Notes: generated by a model not told the origin, from the letters alone. DNA of 27,654 nt from Candidatus Hodarchaeota archaeon (GCA_029856365.1 JAHQWW010000039.1:1-27654); one strand, 5' to 3'; shown: positions 9,497 to 18,561, counted from the first letter of the stretch. Numbers and translations are program-made.

Positions 9497-10447
9497 ATGA
9501 CAAATTTTGTAGAATGGGCTTCGGGGATCTATCGGGTGGTAGATGATGTGGGAAAAGAAGGGGAAGAATATGCCAGCTATCTTGTTATGGGTGATGAAAA
9601 AATCGCGATTATAGACCTCCCATCTCGCTCGATAGGAAAAGATATCATTTCTTTCGTGAAAAAAGCTGGCCGAGACCCCACGACAGAAATCAGATATCTT
9701 GTTCTAACTCATACACATCCTGATCACTGGGCTGGGATTGACTCGTTAGAAAAAATCAAACCTCAAATATGGCTTCATAAATCTGGGGTTGAAGCCTTAA
9801 CGGCAGGAAAGAAATATATTTTAGAGAAACAGTTTCCCCAACCCTCCAAATTTAGCTTAGCGATGAAATCTTCACTGTTCTCAAAAATTAGAAAAGTGAA
9901 AGAGGAGCTTATCCACTCATTTGAAAAAAGTGAAACTATTGATCTAGGCGGAGAAGAACTCATTCTACAAAATTCAGGAGGACACTCCGCTGATTCTATT
10001 TTGATTCAAGCTTATCGAGGAGGGTGTACTTTTATAGGAGATGAGGGTAACATTTACCCGGGACGTCCAGCTGCTTTCTTTATTGATGGTACTGGAAGTG
10101 TAGAGAGACGATTGAAATTATTAGATTTGGTAAGTAAACTTAAAACAGAAGTAATTTGCCCTACTCATCAGAGTCCAGTTCCAAAACCAGTGGAACTTTA
10201 CATCAATGATTTAACCTTTGAGCATAAGCATACTAAAGATACAATTTACGATTTGGTAGTCAGTGCTGGAGAAGTTAAGGCATATTACATTGCGGAGGAA
10301 TATCAACGCATCCTTGGTTTTTTCTGGGAAACACCATTTAAAGAGTTGGGTGTTGCTGAAACAACTGTTACTGCTTTTCTTAAACAGTTAGAAAAAGAGG
10401 GTAAAGTTCATTACGAATCACATACTCAACGATGGAGTATCCTCTAA
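9497..10447 (+). CDS. MBL-fold metallo-hydrolase with C-terminal winged-helix-like extension
   Basis: THTHPDH (HxHxDH), GGHS, FIGD, CPTH; the C-terminal AFLKQLEKEGKV..W is typical of winged-helix tails. Confidence 0.85.
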   Translation: MTNFVEWASGIYRVVDDVGKEGEEYASYLVMGDEKIAIIDLPSRSIGKDIISFVKKAGRDPTTEIRYLVLTHTHPDHWAGIDSLEKIKPQIWLHKSGVEALTAGKKYILEKQFPQPSKFSLAMKSSLFSKIRKVKEELIHSFEKSETIDLGGEELILQNSGGHSADSILIQAYRGGCTFIGDEGNIYPGRPAAFFIDGTGSVERRLKLLDLVSKLKTEVICPTHQSPVPKPVELYINDLTFEHKHTKDTIYDLVVSAGEVKAYYIAEEYQRILGFFWETPFKELGVAETTVTAFLKQLEKEGKVHYESHTQRWSIL

Positions 10448-10515
10448 TAAGCTATATCTTCTTCTGATCCATATTAGTAGCTATTTCTAAATCTAAGAGC
10501 TGTGTTAAAAAATCG

Positions 10516-11013
10516 TTAAATAACAAACCAAGCGGATTCTGTTATAATATCTATATCAATGGAGATCCACTTAACATGAGGTTGAGCTATACGCGATTCA
10601 CAGAGAAGTCGTAAATAAATGTAAATCTCAGGTTCATATAAATATATCTCCCATGTTTTTCCTGTATGGATTTGAAACTCCTGAAGATTTTTATCCTTAA
10701 TTTTGCCATTAGTTAGATTGCATTGGATTACCTCCCCATTAACGTCTTCTAAATTTATATTAATAGTATTAGCAAGAATTTGAAGTAAATCGCCAAGGAG
10801 GATTTTATTAGTCGGATAAATATTCCAAGTAACCGTGACACTTTGCTTGCGACTATTGATCCTTACTGGTAAAGTATGGATTCTGTTGGAAAAATAAGAA
10901 TCTAAAAGGTCTTCAATCTTCGGAACTAATTGTTGAAGAACCTCAGGGAGGATTTCTAAGTTCAAGAAATTACAACTTCCCACGACAATAAGGACATGTA
11001 TGGTGTTTGGCAA
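10516..11013 (-). CDS. Hypothetical protein (true start probably TTG at about 10965)
   Basis: Open frame directly downstream of the RING gene; the TTG start removes a 44-nt overlap. No motif recognised. Confidence 0.55.
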   Translation of the reverse strand: MPNTIHVLIVVGSCNFLNLEILPEVLQQLVPKIEDLLDSYFSNRIHTLPVRINSRKQSVTVTWNIYPTNKILLGDLLQILANTININLEDVNGEVIQCNLTNGKIKDKNLQEFQIHTGKTWEIYLYEPEIYIYLRLLCESRIAQPHVKWISIDIDIITESAWFVI

Positions 11014-11305
11014 GCCAGCGGAACATATGATCTTGATGAGCCTTTTGGTGACAATGAGGACATTCTATATAAGAACCAGCATCTTTATCGTGAATATCGA
11101 TTGGTTTCCAACAAATCATACATTTAACAAGCTCAAAAGGATTCCATTCTCCAATATTTTTACTAATCAGTCTGATAAAAGAGGCACTGGATGATTTAGG
11201 AGGAGTATCACTTGGAATATGAATTTGATTATTATCAGCGCCTTTCCCAATGGGAGATGATCGAAGACTAAGCTTAGTAGAAAGCGTGATTACTTTAGGG
11301 TTCAT
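10970..11305 (-). CDS. RING-finger protein, putative E3 ubiquitin ligase
   Basis: CMIC-x16-CPHC-x3-AH-xx-H-x3-W-x6-CPYCR, including the RING-typical W and CPxCR. Confidence 0.8.
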   Translation of the reverse strand: MNPKVITLSTKLSLRSSPIGKGADNNQIHIPSDTPPKSSSASFIRLISKNIGEWNPFELVKCMICWKPIDIHDKDAGSYIECPHCHQKAHQDHMFRWLAKHHTCPYCRGKL

Positions 11306-11699
11306 TCTGGGTCACATGATCCTTCAATTGTTCAAGGATATTTGATAAGTCTTCTTTTAATGCAATTAAGTCAGCTTTTTCTATAATTAATTGTTTCTTT
11401 GAAAAGTCACGACTTTGCTCTTGTTTGGATTCTATTTTTGTTAAAAGAACAATGAGATCAGAAAAAGTTTCACCAAGTCCTCCAAGTTTTTTACCATATT
11501 TGACTAATTGTGAATTAACCTCCGCTAAGGCTTGACTGATTTGGGTCTGAAACTGGTTAATTTGTGATAGATGATTGTTTAATGAAGCCATCTCTGCATA
11601 AACAGTGTTTATTGTAGTTTCAAGACCTTTAACCGTAGGAACGTCACCTTTAGGAGTCTTAAGGGTCTCAATCTCGACTTTTCGAGGTTCATTGGACAT
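11295..11699 (-). CDS. Small coiled-coil protein
   Basis: 134 aa with an N-terminal TPKGDVPT motif followed by long heptad-patterned helices; overlaps the RING gene by 11 nt. Confidence 0.7.
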   Translation of the reverse strand: MSNEPRKVEIETLKTPKGDVPTVKGLETTINTVYAEMASLNNHLSQINQFQTQISQALAEVNSQLVKYGKKLGGLGETFSDLIVLLTKIESKQEQSRDFSKKQLIIEKADLIALKEDLSNILEQLKDHVTQNEP

Positions 11700-11930
11700 T
11701 GTCTTTCACATGAATCCTTTTATCTTTTGATTTGATAAATACAATCTAATTAAAAAATTTCATGACCCCAGGGCAAAATTCTTTATGTTTGATATCCTCG
11801 CATTTCGAAGATGTTATAAACGTCAATATCTAAGAATATCAATTGATACCCCATATTTAGAGTTTAAAGTTGCCAAGATGCTTTTTTCACAACACCATAT
11901 TGAATAATTAACGAAAGGATCTATCATCGG

Positions 11931-12500
11931 ATGGAAAGCAGTTCAAAAGACATTTATTCGGTGGTACTATTAGGAACAAGCGGCGTAGGGAAATCTACAA
12001 TCGCTTTTTATCTAGAACATGGATATCCTCCTCCTCGTGACATAAAACCAACAATTGCATTTGGGGTAACTCACGTGGTTATCCAAAATACAGTGATGGG
12101 ATTGATCGATGTGGGAGGTCAACGGAAATTCTTAGATATGCGTTATCACGAGCGTTTTGTACGTGCTGCTGATGGATTGGTCTTTATTGTGGATAGTTCG
12201 CGAAGAAATTTCAGATATGATGAACAATGGTTAGATGACGCTCTAAAGTTAATATCTAATCGAATACCAATTCTTGTGATTGCTAATAAACAAGATTTAC
12301 CTAATGCTCTTTCCCCTGAATTCTTAAAAACACATTTCTTTAGTAAATTTCTAAAGAATAATAATTATAATATTTTTGGTACAGTGGCCGCTGATCCAGG
12401 AGGGATTAGAAGTGGCGAGAATATTGAGATGGCATTTCAGTACCTCATAAACCAAATGAAGCTGAATCGTAAGGTTTTGATAAGACAAAGTCAAATTTAA
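11931..12500 (+). CDS. Arf-like small GTPase (Ras superfamily)
   Basis: G1 GTSGVGKS, G2 KPT, G3 DVGGQ, FIVDS and G4 ANKQDLP, which is the Arf-type signature. Confidence 0.88.
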   Translation: MESSSKDIYSVVLLGTSGVGKSTIAFYLEHGYPPPRDIKPTIAFGVTHVVIQNTVMGLIDVGGQRKFLDMRYHERFVRAADGLVFIVDSSRRNFRYDEQWLDDALKLISNRIPILVIANKQDLPNALSPEFLKTHFFSKFLKNNNYNIFGTVAADPGGIRSGENIEMAFQYLINQMKLNRKVLIRQSQI

Positions 12501-12522
12501 TCAAAGGAAAACGTGCGGTAAC

Positions 12523-13317
12523 TTGTTCGAACAAATTACTCGTGTAACCTCGGGTGTTCCATATTTAGATGCGTTAACATCAGGTGGTTTTATCAAGGGT
12601 ACAACCAATCTAGTAATTGGTCCTGCTGGGGCAGGTAAAACTATTTTTGGCCTACATTTTCTGCTTGAAGGCGCCCGACGAAATGAAAATGGTCTATTGG
12701 TGGCTATGCAAGAGCCCCCATGGGCAATTCGTAGAGACGCGAGCAGTTTCTCTTTTTTTGATCATAGCTTTTTTGCTGAACCAGAGAAAATTGTTATGCT
12801 TGATTTCACTCCCTCGGGTTGGGAACTATGGGATCCCGATAGTTTAACATATACAGAAGAGTCTGAAATGATAATAGAGGCGGAAGGAGTGCCTTATGAC
12901 GAAACATCTCTGCCTACTTTTCTTCACAAAGTATTCTATCATATTAGTCAAGTGGTAGAAGAAAAAAAGATTGAACGTGTTGTGATAGACCCTTTGGCCG
13001 CATTTCAATTCTACGATTATGGAAATGATTTTGGATTTCTAAGAAAGCTTACAACAGGATTTTTAGCAAACATCACAGCTTTGAATGTTACTACTCTTGC
13101 CATATCTGAGTTATCTGGAGGTATGGAGCATTCACTTTTCGGGGAGGAATATATTGCTGATTCAATAGTACACTTAGACATGCTTTCAGTGAGGGGTGAA
13201 ATGATTCGTATTCTTAGAATTGGAAAGATGAGAGCGACCAATCATACCACACAAACTTTAAGGTTTGAAATCAATCATCATGGAATCACTTTTCTTGATT
13301 CTGAAGACAGGGATTGA
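12523..13317 (+). CDS. Single-domain KaiC/RAD55-family ATPase
   Basis: SGVPYLD..TSGG, Walker A GPAGAGKT, Walker B RVVID, ADSIVHL and R-x-LRIGKMR-xx-H. TTG start. Confidence 0.88.
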   Translation: MFEQITRVTSGVPYLDALTSGGFIKGTTNLVIGPAGAGKTIFGLHFLLEGARRNENGLLVAMQEPPWAIRRDASSFSFFDHSFFAEPEKIVMLDFTPSGWELWDPDSLTYTEESEMIIEAEGVPYDETSLPTFLHKVFYHISQVVEEKKIERVVIDPLAAFQFYDYGNDFGFLRKLTTGFLANITALNVTTLAISELSGGMEHSLFGEEYIADSIVHLDMLSVRGEMIRILRIGKMRATNHTTQTLRFEINHHGITFLDSEDRD

Positions 13318-13489
13318 TTAATTAAGAACATATTTCTGATATAACCTGTTTTCTAATAGTATTACGATCCTCGATACAGATATATATTGAAGAACAGAAG
13401 GGATGATAGATTTGGGTTCCTCATTCAATATATTTTAAAAGCTGTACTTTTATAAAGTAGATTAAGTAGTTGAAACGAAGGAATTCATA

Positions 13490-13729
13490 ATGCAGATTAA
13501 TGTAGTTCAAGCTATTGGAGGTGGGGAGATCACAATGACTTGTGACAGGACAGACTCGGTTGCTGCTATCAAAGAGCGAGTAGCCCAGCAAAAAAGGATA
13601 CCCGCTAGATCGGTCATCCTTGTCTTTCAGGGAAAACAACTCGATGAAAGTGAGACTCTCAAGTCTGCTGGGATCGAAGATATGGATAAATTGTACATGA
13701 TCACTCGAACTACAGGTGGCTTCGCCTAA
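13490..13729 (+). CDS. Ubiquitin-like protein (pro-form ending GG-FA)
   Basis: 79 aa: MQINV, DSVAAIKERV, IP, LVFQGKQLDESETL..AGI and RTTGG line up with ubiquitin, with GG followed by two residues. Confidence 0.93.
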   Translation: MQINVVQAIGGGEITMTCDRTDSVAAIKERVAQQKRIPARSVILVFQGKQLDESETLKSAGIEDMDKLYMITRTTGGFA

Positions 13730-13829
13730 TCCAAAATACGGTCCCTAGGACAATACTTTGCATCTGATTTTACAAATCCAGTGAAGCACTTTTAAATTCT
13801 TTAGCTGAGGTGATGGTTGGGATCGTAAT

Positions 13830-14825
13830 ATGAGTGAGCGGTATAATCGACAGCTTCTGATCAAACATTGGGATCAGAAAAAAATCCAACAAAGTACCGT
13901 GACATTAGTCGGTCTAGGGGCATTGGGGAGTGTTGCTGCTACATCGTTAGCTATGGCTGGAGTAGGAACACTCATTCTTGTTGATTTGGACACCATAGAA
14001 ATGAGTAACCTGAATAGACAACTTCTTTTTCGGGCTGCAGATATAGGAAAACCTAAAGTGAAAGTCTGTGCACAAGTATTACAAGAAATTAATCCAGATG
14101 TTAATGTTATTGCGTTGTACATGCCTATTGAAAAAGCTCCGCGCCATGTCTTAGAAGCCTCGACCGTCATCCTTGAAGGTTTAGACACATTTCAAGCACG
14201 ACGATGGGTTAACTCATTTGCAGTGGGGGCGAATATTCCTTTGATTTCTGGAGGAATTTATAGTTTTTTTGGAAATCTCCAAGTAATTATTCCTCAAGAA
14301 ACTCCCTGTTTGGAATGTCAGTCATTAATTCCAGAAGAAGAGCTTCAAAAAGCCTGTACACCTTTTGGAGAAGTGAGAAAAGAAACTCGACCTACTGAAA
14401 GCGAGGAAGAATATATTCCATATGTTTCTAGTGTTTCTTTTGTCCTAGGAGGTCTTATGGCTCAAGAGGCTTTAAAGGTCATTCTTAGATTACCCCCTTT
14501 GAAAGAATATCTGTTTTGGGATGCAGAGGCTGAGTTGTTCACTTCAGTACCTCTAGAACGTCGGGAGGATTGTATTGTTTGTTCACCACGATATCAACTA
14601 AAAGCAATTCCTATTCGTTCTCCTATTGACCAACAGCTAGGCGACTTCATGGCTCAACTACGATATTCATTTAATCTGAGTTCAGAAATGGCATTATTAT
14701 TTCAAACTCAGAGATTATCTATATCTGAAGAAAAAATAGGAAGTATTTTTCAATCAGGAGCGATTTTCCGGGTTGTTGATCCCACATTATCTACTCCCCT
14801 AAAATTTATGATTAATCTCGACTGA
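13830..14825 (+). CDS. Ubiquitin-activating enzyme E1 (ThiF/MoeB family) with catalytic Cys and C-terminal extension
   Basis: RYNRQ, GLGALG, DLDTIEMSNLNRQ, Zn pairs CLEC and CIVC, and KACT at the thioester-Cys position; directly downstream of ubiquitin. Confidence 0.92.
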   Translation: MSERYNRQLLIKHWDQKKIQQSTVTLVGLGALGSVAATSLAMAGVGTLILVDLDTIEMSNLNRQLLFRAADIGKPKVKVCAQVLQEINPDVNVIALYMPIEKAPRHVLEASTVILEGLDTFQARRWVNSFAVGANIPLISGGIYSFFGNLQVIIPQETPCLECQSLIPEEELQKACTPFGEVRKETRPTESEEEYIPYVSSVSFVLGGLMAQEALKVILRLPPLKEYLFWDAEAELFTSVPLERREDCIVCSPRYQLKAIPIRSPIDQQLGDFMAQLRYSFNLSSEMALLFQTQRLSISEEKIGSIFQSGAIFRVVDPTLSTPLKFMINLD

Positions 14826-14881
14826 AATCTGTGAGTTAATCTACAGATTAACAAAATATTTTGAGTAAATTTTTCCTTATA

Positions 14882-15658
14882 CTAAAGAAAGTTTGGTAAT
14901 AGAAAAAGAACGATATAGATAAGCGTGAGGATGCCACTAATGCCATAAGAATAATATTCATTAAGTAAATGGGCCGTACGAATACCATTTCCGCAATGAT
15001 AAGCAGTGAGGCCCAAAAAGGGGATATAAAGGATTTCAAATAGTGTGTAATGGGTCCAAGTTGTAGACGTAATGGTTCCAACATCTAATCTTGGTCCTAA
15101 AAAAGTAATTAATAGACTTATTATTATTGATGCGGGAATGAGAGGCCCAAATGAGTAGCCAACAATTCCTTGGGTATCACGAAAACTAGCCTTTCCTCCA
15201 AGTGTTTTTGCTATCAACCAAACAATAAGACTACTGATAATCCATCCAAATATCGCTAAGATGATAAAGGCTATAGCAATAATCCAAGGAGCAATTATGA
15301 AGAATAAAAAATGCCAATCATGCCAAGAGGTGTTCGCACTTATAAAGAAAAATGCACTAAGACGAAACCCATAAGCTACTGAAACAAAATATAGTACAAT
15401 TAAGGCACCAAGACGATCTGGATTGACTCCAATCTCATTAAAAAGACGTTTACTTTCTCTAGGATCAAAAAAACTACGCCAAATTCGCAAAAGTTTTTCT
15501 CTAAATGTAACGCGAACTCGTTCTCTTGCTCGTACAATTTTTGTTAAATCAAAGCCGCAATAAGGGCAGAGAATATAACCTGCTGGACTTCTTTCGCTAC
15601 AATTGGGACAAACGAGGGATTCAGACTCAGACATTCGTTTCCTCTCACGGAAGAGCAA
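14882..15658 (-). CDS. Zinc-ribbon plus Yip1-domain membrane protein
   Basis: N-terminal CPNC-x10-CPYCG, then about 5 hydrophobic segments with the Yip1-type IAKTLGGKASF....GIVGYS..P motif. Confidence 0.78.
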   Translation of the reverse strand: MLFRERKRMSESESLVCPNCSERSPAGYILCPYCGFDLTKIVRARERVRVTFREKLLRIWRSFFDPRESKRLFNEIGVNPDRLGALIVLYFVSVAYGFRLSAFFFISANTSWHDWHFLFFIIAPWIIAIAFIILAIFGWIISSLIVWLIAKTLGGKASFRDTQGIVGYSFGPLIPASIIISLLITFLGPRLDVGTITSTTWTHYTLFEILYIPFLGLTAYHCGNGIRTAHLLNEYYSYGISGILTLIYIVLFLLPNFL

Positions 15659-15873
15659 TATCTTATTGTTTCTATACGCTTAAATTACTTATCACACAGT
15701 TATTCTTAACTATTTTCTTTTGGATTCTTATTTCTTTTAGATACTTAAATAAATTCTAAAACCCTTTTGAAGTCATTCAATCAATTAGAAAATTTTATTA
15801 TTAAGGATCACAACTGCTAGTTATTCTTGAATTATATTTTAGTGTTATACCCCTCTACTGAAGAAGAGGATTC

Positions 15874-16872
15874 TTAATTTAATGAGAGTTTTTGTTCAAT
15901 GATTTTAAATAACCACGGAACACAAAAAATACCAAAAAACGCCAGAATCGCATATCGACAAAATCGTGCAATTTGATAAAGAGGAAATTCTTTGAAAATC
16001 ATCTCAGTAATAGTACTCAAACCGAAATGAATGATAAAAATTATAATGAGGCCTATAACAGCACGATAAATAAGTATTTTCTTATTTGATCTGACTTCTT
16101 TTACTTTTAGATTGACATAGCGATTTTCAAGCATATAACCAACTGATAAACCTAGAAACAAACCTGCATATGAACTGGTTTCAGCAAGTTCAAAATCATT
16201 ACCCATTAAAACAGTAGAGATATACGATATTACTACTGCTATTATGGGAGCTATTATTGCAATTAGTACTAGAATAGAAGGAGAAGATTTGGCAGCAAAT
16301 TCTTCCATTTTAGGTAACATATAAATAAAGAGTAATGTGATCAATATTCCAAGTAAGACACCAATAATTACATCCGTTGGCCAATGTACACCTAAATAGC
16401 AACGGGAAAGGGGAACCATAACTATCATAAAAACTGCTATTATCCAAAAACTGGGACGGTGCCATTGAGTTGCTAAAAACGGCCAAAACGACCCTGCATT
16501 GGATGAATGTCCACTTGGAAATGTATAATCTGTTGGAAGTTGTCCTAGAATATCTTTGATCCCTTTTATTTCAGTTTTATTCAGCCTTTCATATTCAAGA
16601 TATGGTCGTTCAAGACCAAAAAAGCCTTTTGCCATAAAAGTGATGAAAGCTGTGAAAATTGATAAAAATGCAACGTGAATAGCAAGTTTTTTATCAATAC
16701 AGAAGAAAATTACAATAATAATTCCAATGATGAAGAGTTTATCACCAAAAAAAGTGATAAACCCAAAAAAGAGATCAAGTAATGATGTACTGAATGTTTG
16801 CAAGAAAATTACTATTTGGTCATCTAAAGGACCCAACAATTCACCCATCTTTTTTCCTTCCAAGAGTGTCAA
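15874..16872 (-). CDS. PAP2-family membrane lipid-phosphate phosphatase
   Basis: C1 KGFFGLERP, C2 FPSGH and C3 SRCYLGVHWPTD, plus additional C-terminal TM helices. Confidence 0.92.
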   Translation of the reverse strand: MTLLEGKKMGELLGPLDDQIVIFLQTFSTSLLDLFFGFITFFGDKLFIIGIIIVIFFCIDKKLAIHVAFLSIFTAFITFMAKGFFGLERPYLEYERLNKTEIKGIKDILGQLPTDYTFPSGHSSNAGSFWPFLATQWHRPSFWIIAVFMIVMVPLSRCYLGVHWPTDVIIGVLLGILITLLFIYMLPKMEEFAAKSSPSILVLIAIIAPIIAVVISYISTVLMGNDFELAETSSYAGLFLGLSVGYMLENRYVNLKVKEVRSNKKILIYRAVIGLIIIFIIHFGLSTITEMIFKEFPLYQIARFCRYAILAFFGIFCVPWLFKIIEQKLSLN

Positions 16873-17119
16873 GTTCAGAGAGAGGACATAAAATTCAGCT
16901 TTCTTATTAAAGTTTTATTTTCTTTTTCAAGATTAGTTGAATCATGACATCACAATAAGAGACTAAAAGATAAAGGCTTTTAGAGGGTGAAGGGCCATAC
17001 CTTTATTAGTCAAGAATTAACAAGTTGAATATCTGTTAAGAAATTATTAGAGGTTTAAAAAACTGAAGGAAAAAAAATCTCTTGAAGAAAAGGTTCTAGA
17101 CGAGTCCAGATCTGATGAA

Positions 17120-18250
17120 ATGGAAGAATTTTACCATAAGGTTCAGGTAGACCTTGAAAAAGCATTGTCAGGGCGCAGTGATTATTTAACGATCTTGGAA
17201 GAAGCTTATTCTCAAGCTGAAAGAACTGAGAAGGATTACATCGAAGATTTTAGACAATTTGGCTTAGAAAGAAGAGCGGAAAAAACTGAAGACATTTACT
17301 TGATTTCCTGTTTTGTAAAAAGTGGCCAGCCATTGTTTGATTATCCTCTATCACAAAAAATTAATTTTCAAGAATCTTTAGGTTTCATTTTAAGTACAAT
17401 AAAAAATTATGTGCGATACAAGCTCGGAGAATTACTTGAAGTTCTTACTCTTGAATCCCAAACCATTCATTTCTTCATAGTTGAACAGATAATCATTTCC
17501 ATTGTTACTTCTAAAAATATCCCCCGAGATAAAATCTATATGTTAGCAATTCAAATCGGACAAATTATAAGTCAACATCCGAATAAAACCCCTCAAACCA
17601 GTCTAGATTTGCGTGGTGATCTTGATCGTGCCATCGACTCAACTAAAGCTACACTCGTTCAGGAACATCACACTTTGAAGGTAATCCTAATTGGTGATGG
17701 TGCAGTAGGGAAGACTTCTATTCGAAGACGCTATCTTGGAGAAGGATTTAAGGTTGACTATCAAATGACTATAGGGGCAGATCTAGCTGCTAAGGCATCT
17801 GATATAATATATACTGGAGGAAAACAGATAAAATACTTGATTTGGGATCTGGCGGGACAACCCCGCTTTACTAATGTGAGAAAGATCTATTACATGTCTG
17901 CTGTGGGAGCGTTGGTCGTATTTGATTTTACTCGTCCTGAGAGTTTTCAGAACATCGTGAAATGGATGAATGAGTTATGGCGAAATAATGGGCGTGGACC
18001 TGTTCCCTTAATTGTTTTGGCTAATAAAATAGATTTATGCTCAGCTGGGCTGCCTTGTGTATCCGAAGAGAAAGTACAAGCTTTTGTCTCTCGCTTGTCT
18101 CAAATTTCAGAGAAATACCGTGGTTTCAAGATTTACTTTCTACCAACAAGTGCAAAAACGGGCCAAAATATAGAACAAGCATTTGAGCTGTTAGGTGAGT
18201 CGATAGTAGACTTCTTATCTTCTGTAAAAATCTCTGGAGGAAAAAAATAG
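17120..18250 (+). CDS. Longin-like domain fused to a Rab-like small GTPase
   Basis: C-terminal GDGAVGKT, TIGADL, IWDLAGQPRF, YYMSA, VVFDFT, NKID and TSAKTG. The N-terminal part (aa about 58-155) has a longin-like beta-beta-alpha-beta-beta-beta-alpha pattern, which is less certain. Confidence 0.85.
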   Translation: MEEFYHKVQVDLEKALSGRSDYLTILEEAYSQAERTEKDYIEDFRQFGLERRAEKTEDIYLISCFVKSGQPLFDYPLSQKINFQESLGFILSTIKNYVRYKLGELLEVLTLESQTIHFFIVEQIIISIVTSKNIPRDKIYMLAIQIGQIISQHPNKTPQTSLDLRGDLDRAIDSTKATLVQEHHTLKVILIGDGAVGKTSIRRRYLGEGFKVDYQMTIGADLAAKASDIIYTGGKQIKYLIWDLAGQPRFTNVRKIYYMSAVGALVVFDFTRPESFQNIVKWMNELWRNNGRGPVPLIVLANKIDLCSAGLPCVSEEKVQAFVSRLSQISEKYRGFKIYFLPTSAKTGQNIEQAFELLGESIVDFLSSVKISGGKK

Positions 18251-18561
18251 TAATATTATTTGAATTGAAACTTGAATTTCGGGAGAAACGTTTCAAGGAT
18301 ACCATATAATAAGGTTTTGGAATTTTAAAGAACGGTCATAAGATTTTAAGAATTAAATCAGCGACTCTTAGATTTAGAGAGATGATTGGGACTGAAAAAG
18401 GGAATAATGCACTTTCTATTCCGATGATGTGAGAGAAAAAGCGATATAGGACAAGTGAGCATCTTTTTAAGGTTCCTTATTGTGAGGCTTTTTTAAGAGG
18501 TTTCATACAGGTGTACATAAACCGAAGGAACCACCTATCTGGATTAAAAATATTTACATGA

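Noticed and set aside
11295-11699. SNARE-like interpretation of the coiled-coil protein
   Set aside because: No C-terminal TM anchor and no convincing zero-layer register.
18271-18297. Small hairpin with a GGGA tetraloop after the Rab gene
   Set aside because: AT-rich and short; compatible with chance.
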